A stretch of 6,176 bases of DNA. Source: Selaginella moellendorffii (taxonomy: Eukaryota; Plantae; Lycopodiophyta). This document shows positions 1-6,176 of this stretch, one piece after another. The notes below the pieces were generated by a model. That model was not told the origin of the DNA. It worked only from the letters and a program-made list of their open reading frames with translations, and ran no database searches. The stretch is taken from NCBI RefSeq assembly GCF_000143415.4, contig NW_003314702.1, forward strand, positions 1-6,176, read 5' to 3'. The position numbers and the translations under genes are program-made. Numbering within the stretch: position 1 is the first letter of the stretch; each line of letters begins with the position of its first letter.

Positions 1-430
1 CCATCCGGGAGCTCTCTTGTAGGGATATACCACCACAGATCCAGCATCGAGCAGTAGTGTCTTGGGCTGAGTCTTGAATCCACAGTCATTGCTCATCGAA
101 ACGAGAACTCGCGTCCCTTGCCTGCGTGGCTGCAAGCAACCAAAGCACTCACATATGCAACTTGGTCGGGGATCATCTCACGAAAGCGGTCAATCGCTTG
201 CATCGGAATGACTACATGCAGAGATCACTGATGTCCACGACACAACGTTCGATGGGAGAATGGTGCCAGGATGGAGTTCCAGGAAACGATGTTCCTCTCC
301 CAGATGCCCTTGTTGGGCATTCCCCCAGCTCCATAGCTCGCACTCGGGCTCTTGACGCTGTGTTCCAGGTCACAAAGCTGGTGCACAACAACGAGGCCCA
401 AGATGCTGCCAAGAGCCCGAGGTCTCCTCC
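1..430 (-). pseudogene. Degenerate PLS-class pentatricopeptide repeat (PPR) gene remnant, probably continuing off the left edge
   Basis: Manual minus-strand translation gives PPR hallmarks in the expected order but across frames: FVTWNTA..RAMELG, ERNIVSWNSILA, QAIDRFREMIPDQVAYVSALVACSHAG (200-120), VSMSNDCGF (shifted frame) and HYCSMLDL (59-36). In-frame TGA codons lie at 225-227 and 93-95, and motif spacing is shortened by deletions. Confidence 0.8.
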
Positions 431-713
431 ATAAGCTGCTTCTTAGTTTTTAGTTTTAAGAAAATGGAGGCCTCGTTCAACAGTCGTATCTCAAGTTCAT
501 GTATTTTGCCTACAGATGAATGCTTACTTGAACAATGCCGCAATTGAAAACTGTCTTCTGGACGGAAATGAACAAAGGAGACCTTCAGGTAGGCAGCTCA
601 CGTTTGTCCTGCCAGCACATTTTCAAACTCAAAGCAATAGCTGCAAGCAAAAGTTGCACAAGCTGCTGCTCTGTCTGCAATTTCGTCTGGAACTGGATCC
701 GCCGCTGACATTT

Positions 714-737
714 CTGCTGCTGCTGCAGCTGCTGTTG
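714..737. repeat. Imperfect CTG/CAG trinucleotide microsatellite
   Basis: (ctg)4 cag ctg ctg ttg. Confidence 0.7.
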
Positions 738-910
738 CGAGCTCCAAAAAGTTTGTGCATTTCCACGAAGCAACTCTTGTTTGTTCCTCACGCCATTGCA
801 CTAGGAAGTATTGAAATAAGGCTTGCAATACAAAGCAAATTCAAAACCAGAGCAAACAACACAGTCCGCAACTGCCAGATACTCCTGCTATCATCGAGGA
901 ATCGGCCAAC

Positions 911-1022
911 CCCATGCATCCAAACATCGCTCACTACAGCTACATCATCGATCTCCTCAGCTGCACCGCACACCCTTGTGGCCAAGGAGCTCAAGAAGGG
1001 AAACAATGCAAGCAAATTGTTT
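911..1022 (-). pseudogene. Possible second, more decayed PPR remnant (last PLS motif / E-domain-like)
   Basis: KQFACIVSLLELLGH and then, after a frame change, AAEEIDDVA...VWMHG. This loosely follows the consensus HYxCMVDLLGRxG..AEEL..PDxVAW..ACxxHG. The match is short and degenerate. Confidence 0.3.
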
Positions 1023-1259
1023 GTGTCATGGAATAGCAAAATGTAAAGTAAGTTTTCAAATCAAGATATTTACAAGATTCGGTCCAATGAACTTCAAGGA
1101 GGCTTCTCGAACCAAAACTCCATAGGCCATTGCAAGCGTGCCACCTTTCAGATATACGTGCCAAACAGAGCTTGGTCCTACTGATTAGCGTGAGGCCTCC
1201 GTAAGAGAATGAGTTTGTAAAAGTCCACCACTGTGATCGTGATGGAAGAAAGACGGGCT

Positions 1260-2585
1260 CTACTGCTTGGTGTCCTTAAACCACCAGTTTGCTGGAACTC
1301 CAAGCTCTGCCTTGAGATAGTCCGATCTCTTGTTCACCAGCGCGATATCCCGGGTGCCTGAGACACTGAAGGGCTTGCTCGGCCCTTGGTAGCCATCAAC
1401 CAGGTGAAGCAAGGCCTCCAAGTTGTGCAGATCGGTCAAGCCACCATCTTCCCTCAGAAACGGAGAGATGTCGCTGCTGAGCTCAAACTCGGTGCCAACA
1501 TGGGTGTAGGCCCATGGGAACCTGTGGAAGATGAGCGAGATGATGTCACAGCTGTCCTCGTTGACAATCACCCCTGGAACTTTGGGCACCAGGTCTGCGC
1601 CATTGCGTGTCTGGAGGACTTTGAGCCCGAGCTCGAGGCACCTGTTCTTGAAACCCCGGTTCCCAACTCGGGGTGCCGAGAACGTGAAGACGGACACCGG
1701 GGTATTGCTCCCGGGCAGCCCAAGCTCTGTCACGTCGTAGGCGCTGAGGAGTGCAAGCGCGCCACCCAGGCTGTGGCCCGTGAACGTCATACTCAGCTGC
1801 TCGCCCTGGTAGAGCCCGACCAATCGCTTGATCTCCGAGTGGAGCTGCTGCCTCGTGCTCATCCCGGCCTGATCGCCGGGGACTGGAGACGTGTAGATGC
1901 TGAGAAATCCCGTCTCCACTTTCACGCCTTTGGTGTTGTGATCCGTGGGGTCGAGCCCGGTGGGGCGGAGGAGATCCTTGAGGTTCTCGATCCACTCGAG
2001 CTGCGTCACCGTCCCGCGCCAGGCCATCACAATGTCGCGGCGTCCCAACCGTCGGATGGCCTCGTCCGACGTGGCAACCGCCACGAAGCCCATCCAGTTG
2101 GTGTCCGACGTCCACGAGTCGTCGCCGGGTTGGGCGTTGGAATTGGAGCGCTTGAAGAAGCTGGGCAAGCCCAGCTGCGATGTTGCGTAGAGATAGGCCG
2201 TTATTTCGTATCCCGTGCTTGGGAGTCCCACGGATTGGAGGAGCTCCTCCTTGGAGAACTTTGTGTCTCCACAGAATTCCGAGCCCTCGCTGTATTCGAA
2301 GCCGTCGTAGCAAGCCTGCGCGAATTCGCCGTATCGGATGATCTCCCGCCGGAGCCGCTTGTCGATGGAGGCGTTGGCGGGCGGGAGGAGCGGACTCCAG
2401 TGGCATGCATCCCGCCAGCCTGGGGTCAGCACCAGCTGCGTCTCCTCCAGCTCCACAACGCGCGCGCCATGACCATCTCCTTCAGATCTCTCCAACGTTC
2501 TTCTCTTGAATGAGAATGACAATGAATCTCCTTCTCTCTCCAACGTTCTTCTCTTGAATGACAGTGAAAATGAAACTCGTTCCAT
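1260..2585 (-). CDS. Phospholipase A1, DAD1-like / PLA1-I(gamma)-type acylhydrolase (lipase class 3), single exon, 441 aa from the first ATG
   Basis: The uninterrupted ORF carries the family motifs LRREIIRYGEFAQACYD, YLYATS, NWMGFVAV, RLGRRDIVMAWRGTVT.LEW, VKVETGFLSIYT, the nucleophile elbow TGHSLGGALA (GHSLG at 1764-1778), PRVGN, DLVPKVPG (catalytic Asp), YTHVG, HNLEALLHLVDGY (catalytic His) and RDIALVNK. The ORF-track start at 2618 is TTG. The first ATG is 2585-2583 in good context (atcATGG), and an in-frame TAG lies upstream at 2631-2633. Confidence 0.95.
   Translation of the reverse strand: MERVSFSLSFKRRTLEREGDSLSFSFKRRTLERSEGDGHGARVVELEETQLVLTPGWRDACHWSPLLPPANASIDKRLRREIIRYGEFAQACYDGFEYSEGSEFCGDTKFSKEELLQSVGLPSTGYEITAYLYATSQLGLPSFFKRSNSNAQPGDDSWTSDTNWMGFVAVATSDEAIRRLGRRDIVMAWRGTVTQLEWIENLKDLLRPTGLDPTDHNTKGVKVETGFLSIYTSPVPGDQAGMSTRQQLHSEIKRLVGLYQGEQLSMTFTGHSLGGALALLSAYDVTELGLPGSNTPVSVFTFSAPRVGNRGFKNRCLELGLKVLQTRNGADLVPKVPGVIVNEDSCDIISLIFHRFPWAYTHVGTEFELSSDISPFLREDGGLTDLHNLEALLHLVDGYQGPSKPFSVSGTRDIALVNKRSDYLKAELGVPANWWFKDTKQ
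2475..2573. repeat. In-frame tandem duplication (51 bp + 48 bp) in the lipase N-terminus
   Basis: 2475-2525 atctccttcagatctctccaacgttcttctcttgaatgagaatgacaatga versus 2526-2573 atctccttc---tctctccaacgttcttctcttgaatgacagtgaaaatga: one 3-bp indel and 3 substitutions. Encodes SFSLSFKRRTLEREGD / SLSFSFKRRTLERSEGD. Confidence 0.95.
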
Positions 2586-2763
2586 GATCTCGATGCTCGC
2601 TCTGATGGGCTTGGACAATTGTTGATACGCCTATCGATCGATCAGCTCCTCCTTGGCGAGTATGGTTGCAATGAATCAGATGATCGCTTCGTAAAAAACT
2701 TCTCCCCTTGTTGTTTCTCCCTTCGTGTAGATTGCTGGTGGAATGCTGAGATTGTGGCAGAGG

Positions 2764-2770
2764 ATTTATA
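2764..2770 (-). promoter_or_regulatory. TATA box (TATAAAT) of the lipase gene
   Basis: The minus strand reads ctgcTATAAATcct, about 180 bp upstream of the ATG, with no intervening ATG. This predicts a TSS near 2735-2745. Confidence 0.65.
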
Positions 2771-2798
2771 GCAGTATCGCTTTCGAAGTTTGCCACCG

Positions 2799-2949
2799 GG
2801 TCAAAAGCATATACGAAATTCTCGCGTTGATCTCTTCAATTTCTTCTCGAATGGGAAGCATAATAGTCAAAGTTCAAACCACCAGGGTCAGCCAAAGGAG
2901 CTATCGCGTCTTTGACCAGCAGACTTTCACTGAACTTTCACTCTTGACT
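2799..2949. promoter_or_regulatory. Cluster of W-boxes (TTGACY) plus an RSRE (CGCGTT) in the lipase proximal promoter
   Basis: TTGACC 2799-2804 (-), TTGACT 2865-2870 (-), TTGACC 2912-2917 (+), TTGACT 2944-2949 (+), an extra TGACC core at 2886-2890 (-), and CGCGTT at 2823-2828. Function is inferred from motif match and position only. Confidence 0.55.
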
Positions 2950-2958
2950 CTCATCCCT

Positions 2959-3159
2959 TCAGTAAAGCAGTTGCGAGGTCGGGATCACTGTTCTCCTCCT
3001 CACTTGGCGATCATAGGTGTAAATTGGAAGTCCCGACACCAGATACTTAATCATCTCCTTGACGAACAGCCTAGAGTCTTGATCAAGGAAAGGCTCCAAG
3101 AGCAGCCCATCACACTCTAGGGCCACCACACTCTTGGAATCCTTGGCTGCTGCTAGTGA
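2959..3159 (-). pseudogene. Fragment resembling the conserved C-terminal (PWI-like) helical region of Topors-like RING E3 ligases
   Basis: A 66-codon stop-to-stop frame missed by the ORF track: SLAAAKDSKSVVALECDGLLLEPFLDQDSRLFVKEMIKYLVSGLPIYTYDRQVRRRTVIPTSQLLY*. The core at 3099-3001 fits the recalled pattern LxPFLxxxTxxFVxExxxFLxSGLxxxxYD. An in-frame TAA lies immediately upstream (3160-3162), and no RING exon was found in the window. Confidence 0.55.
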
Positions 3160-3347
3160 TTATGGGTAGACAACAATGAGCCTGTAGAACAAAGTGAGGT
3201 GGCATATGTGGATGATGAGAAGGTGCATCGTTAAGCCAATTTTTATACTTCTTAATATTAGTATTTAATTATATTAATTTTTTATTTATATTAATTTATT
3301 TTTTACATAAGCAAAAGTGAAATATATTAAGTTCTACAAAATAATTG

Positions 3348-3492
3348 TTATTCATTTAGATTAATCTTGTATCTAAACATATTTATAATCTATAACTTTC
3401 CTAAACACTTTCTAGTATATTTTTGGTTTGCTTAAGGTGGTAGTGGATATACCTCGAATATACTTGGATATTCTAGATTATTTACTATCTAA
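3348..3492. repeat. AT-rich repeat family, partial and rearranged copy
   Basis: 3348-3421 aligns with 5070-5152 (ttattcatttagattaat...actttc.taaac.ctttctagtatatt). 3420-3492 aligns with 4969-5063 (tttttggtttgcttaag...tggta.tggata...atattctaga.tatt.tac.atctaa) with an internal deletion. Confidence 0.85.
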
Positions 3493-3711
3493 CCATTACT
3501 CTTTTCTAACTCAATTACACTTTCAACCATTGTTTAACTGTAGGTACATGCATTCAATGGAGTATGTTGTGTCAGGAACAGCTGATGGAGTCATTTGCAT
3601 CAATACTACAGCTCACACTGGACAATTGGGTTTAGTACAGCAGCAAAAGTAGTGGGAGGTATCAATGCGATTCAAGTTTCTCGTTTGACATTCCTTTACA
3701 GGGTAATGTTC

Positions 3712-3985
3712 TTTGTATTTATAATTAAGAAACATGTTTATAATTTATAAACTTTCCTAAACATGTCTTAGTATATTCTAGTTTATTTTACCATTTAATG
3801 GTTAATATTCAATAAGATCAATCTTGTTTTTATAAATTATAAACATGTTTATAATTATAAACTTTCATTTGATTAATTAGAACTATTAAGTAAACCTGCA
3901 ATGCACAGCAAATTAGTATTTATTTTACCATCTAATTTGATAAGATTAATTTTCAATTATAAATTGTAAAAATGTTTATAATTAT
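3712..3985. repeat. AT-rich repeat family, about 2.5 units of a ~110 bp palindrome-containing module
   Basis: 3712-3912 is colinear with 5088-5304. The core aaacatgtttataatt recurs at ~3730, ~3841 and, degenerate, at ~3968. A perfect 22-bp palindrome aattataaacatgtttataatt lies at 3835-3856. Confidence 0.9.
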
Positions 3986-4520
3986 TGATCAAATGGATTA
4001 TTCAATAATACTAAACAGGAATGAATTGTTTCAAGTTTCTTGTCTTTTTCAATGATCTCCACCTTGCTCCATTTTAGAATGAGGTAGAGGGCTATCTCTC
4101 TTTCCTTTACTTTGAAGCTCATGGTGAATAGCTTTCTTCTCTATAGCTAGAAAAAGTAATGAAGATCAAGTCATTAGTGTCTAAACCCAGACACTGTTAT
4201 TAGTGTTTGTAAGTCTTCATTCAAAAGTGGGATTAGGATTGTGACTATGACTTTTATCATCATGGTCCTAAAGCTCATTCTGTGTGGGAGAGGACACACA
4301 AAATGTCATGGAAACAATACAGAATTTAGACAGTATTAAATGTCCAAACTTTTTGAAGGCTTTCCCTCTAGCTTGGGATGGAAAGGTGGTGATGGTATAT
4401 ATGGACTTTTGAGCACTATTTGTAGGCTGACATTGAGAAATAAGTTACAAGCATAACACACATTTCGTTTTTGCAATGCTCATCTTAGTTTGGTTTCGAT
4501 TGATTGATCCCACCAATGAG

Positions 4521-4546
4521 TTTTTATTTTATTTATTTATTTATTT
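4521..4546. repeat. (ATTT)n low-complexity tract
   Basis: tttttattttatttatttatttattt, followed by a pyrimidine tract ending in cag at 4560. Confidence 0.7.
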
Positions 4547-4968
4547 CCTTTTCTTATCAGTTTCTGATGATAGAAACCGAAATGGCATTCCAGACCTTGC
4601 AACCAAATCTTTTAGAACAAACTTTAAGGCTAGTACATGCAAGAGTAATTACAAGCAATAGAAGAGAAATCAGGTCTTCAAACCATTTGAATCATAGTCT
4701 TTCATTAGATTGAGCATTTAAGATTCTCCTGGATATAAGATTGTAAAGAAAAATGTGAAATAAACTGATCTTGACTGGAAATCTTTGTTTGAGTTTTAAA
4801 GCATAATAATCTATTGCTCAAACGACTATTTTAGATATGATAATGTTTTAATTATCCATGTTGGATTATTTTTATAAAAAATATATAAAAAACCATTTGA
4901 AAGAAAACCAAGATATGAGTTTTTGAACAAAATTTACAAAGAAACATATAAATATAACCTTTGTGATT

Positions 4969-5310
4969 TTTTTGGTTTGCTTAAGCAAACCTATAGAGGG
5001 ACTGGGATGGTAATGGATAAATCTAGAATATGCTTGAATATTCTAGAATATTCTACCATCTAATGGTTATTATTCATTTAGATTAATTTTGTATTTATAA
5101 TTTATAAACATGTTTATAATTTATAAACTTTCTTAAACCCTTTCTAGTATATTCATTTTATTCTATCATCTAATGGTTGATATGTAGATTAATCTTTTGT
5201 TTATAAATTACAAACATGCTTATAATTATAAACTTATTTGATTAATTAGATTAATAAGTAAGAATAACACTACTATTAAGCAAACCATACAATGTGTAGC
5301 AATTTATTTT
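4969..5310. repeat. AT-rich repeat family, most complete copy, with serial palindromes; possibly a non-autonomous DNA transposon remnant
   Basis: Contains all the modules seen at 3348-3492 and 3712-3985. Palindromes lie at 4974-4991, 5036-5053, 5055-5067 and 5094-5127. No TIR/TSD pair or transposase was identified. Confidence 0.85.
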
Positions 5311-6067
5311 AAGATTCAATTTCAAACTCATGTTATTGATGTGTTTATTTCAAGGGTTTATTACTAAGTTATTTTTGAATTAAGCTTTTATGAATGTTTT
5401 CTTCGTGTTTATAAAAGTGTTTATATTGCGCATTTTGATTACACGAGAAGAACTTAGATGCTTACTAGCAGCAGCTAGCAGCTCATACAATACCTTGCCT
5501 AATGCATTGTAATCCAAAAAATGAAAATACCTCTAATGACTGTTGTAAATTCCAATCTAAGTTGTGTTTTCTTACAAAATCCCACCAGTGTTTCCGTTTG
5601 ACACCTTTGTGTGAGCCCATTTGCCACAGCACCATGCTGCGTGCGTGTCCTTTTCGACCAGTTCTCCTCCCAGCTTTCAGGTAAAGTCTAAAGCAGAAGG
5701 ATGACTATAGACGTGAGAAACTTACTTGATCAAGTGTTCTCTTGCACTGAAGTAGTAGGCTCCTCATTATCACTATAGGAAATTTTTTTCAATGATGCTT
5801 GACGGGACCTATAATTAAGCATCTATGGTTGGAATAAGTGGATTATGAACTCGACAAGTCATGTATCGCCACAAACGGTGCATGAAGGTCGCTAGAAACC
5901 AGTGGCTATTCAATTTTAAAATGGATCTGGGATTTCGTGGATGTTGTTTTGATTCTTGTGATACCAACAAGCGGCAGCAACTTCACACAAGCAGAAACAA
6001 CACTGCATCGCCCGCTAGACACCGATGTCGTGGTGAGCCAGGAGCTTGGTCATGGAAGATGTTTCTG

Positions 6068-6175
6068 TCATCTTATTGTGCTTGAGGAAGCGGGCCTTGA
6101 CTCATCATCATCAATGGGCGTTGCAGCCAGCCTTGCTGCAACCTGTTTTGGTGACAATCCGCGCTTGAGCAGGAA
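6068..6175 (-). CDS. Possible 3' end of an unidentified CDS entering from the right edge
   Basis: An open frame from the window edge reads FLLKRGLSPKQVAARLAATPIDDDESRPASSSTIR* (TGA 6068-6070) in locally GC-richer sequence. It looks protein-like, but I do not recognise the family. Confidence 0.3.
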   Translation of the reverse strand, partial: FLLKRGLSPKQVAARLAATPIDDDESRPASSSTIR

Positions 6176-6176
6176 G

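Noticed and set aside
126-1125. ORF-track ORFs 126-434, 516-1046, 585-791, 598-828 and 823-1125 as real genes
   Set aside because: 126-434 is antisense to the PPR remnant; the others have no recognisable homology and overlap low-complexity or degenerate sequence.
1531-2410. 286-aa alternate-frame ORF and the smaller nested ORFs (1531-1740, 1945-2190, 2201-2410)
   Set aside because: R/P/G/S-rich translations typical of off-frame reading of GC-rich coding DNA.
1386-2513. 375-aa antisense ORF over the lipase
   Set aside because: Shadow ORF of a GC-rich CDS; non-ATG start and no recognisable motifs.
2586-2618. TTG-initiated N-terminal extension of the lipase in the ORF track
   Set aside because: This is a eukaryotic locus; the first ATG at 2585 has good Kozak context.
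2482-3120. ORFs 2482-2796 (-) and 2743-3120 (+)
   Set aside because: They overlap the lipase 5' UTR and promoter. The plus ORF is partly the antisense shadow of the Topors-like frame. No family features.
4176-4300. Small hairpins agtgtct/agacact (4176-4195) and tgtgtg/cacaca (4281-4300)
   Set aside because: Stems of 6-7 bp are expected by chance, and there is no supporting context.
4561-4605. FLMIETEMAFQTLQP as an Asn-tRNA synthetase motif (FWMIEPEMAF) or an Elongator ELP2 segment
   Set aside because: Too short, two competing resemblances, and neither extends into the flanking sequence.
4974-5005. Helitron 3' end (hairpin followed 10 nt later by CTGG)
   Set aside because: It is not followed by the expected T, and repeat homology continues past the site, so it is not a terminus.
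3348-5310. CRISPR-like interpretation of palindromic repeats with unique spacers
   Set aside because: Plant nuclear context, degenerate long repeats, irregular spacing and no cas genes.
3146-5475. 12-bp inverted match gctgctgctagt (3146-3157) / actagcagcagc (5464-5475) bracketing the AT-rich region as possible TIRs
   Set aside because: Low-complexity GCA repeat, no target-site duplication, and the left copy lies inside the Topors-like frame.

Overview
Eukaryotic, land-plant nuclear DNA; the compact layout and PLS-PPR debris suggest a lycophyte such as Selaginella, but that is inference. The one clearly intact gene is an intronless, GC-rich DAD1-like phospholipase A1 (lipase class 3) on the minus strand (ATG 2585 to TAG 1260). 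It has an in-frame N-terminal tandem duplication and a short C-terminus. Upstream lie a TATA box and a dense cluster of W-boxes plus an RSRE. The gene is surrounded by gene debris: a frameshifted PLS-class PPR remnant (1-430), a possible second PPR remnant (911-1022) and a Topors-like C-terminal fragment (2959-3159). About 3240-5440 is AT-rich and carries a scrambled, palindrome-rich ~110 bp repeat family interleaved with exon-like islands. The 3' end of an unidentified CDS may enter at the right edge. I see no convincing novel multi-gene system; the palindromic repeat with its exon-like islands and the atypical lipase termini and promoter are the best leads.
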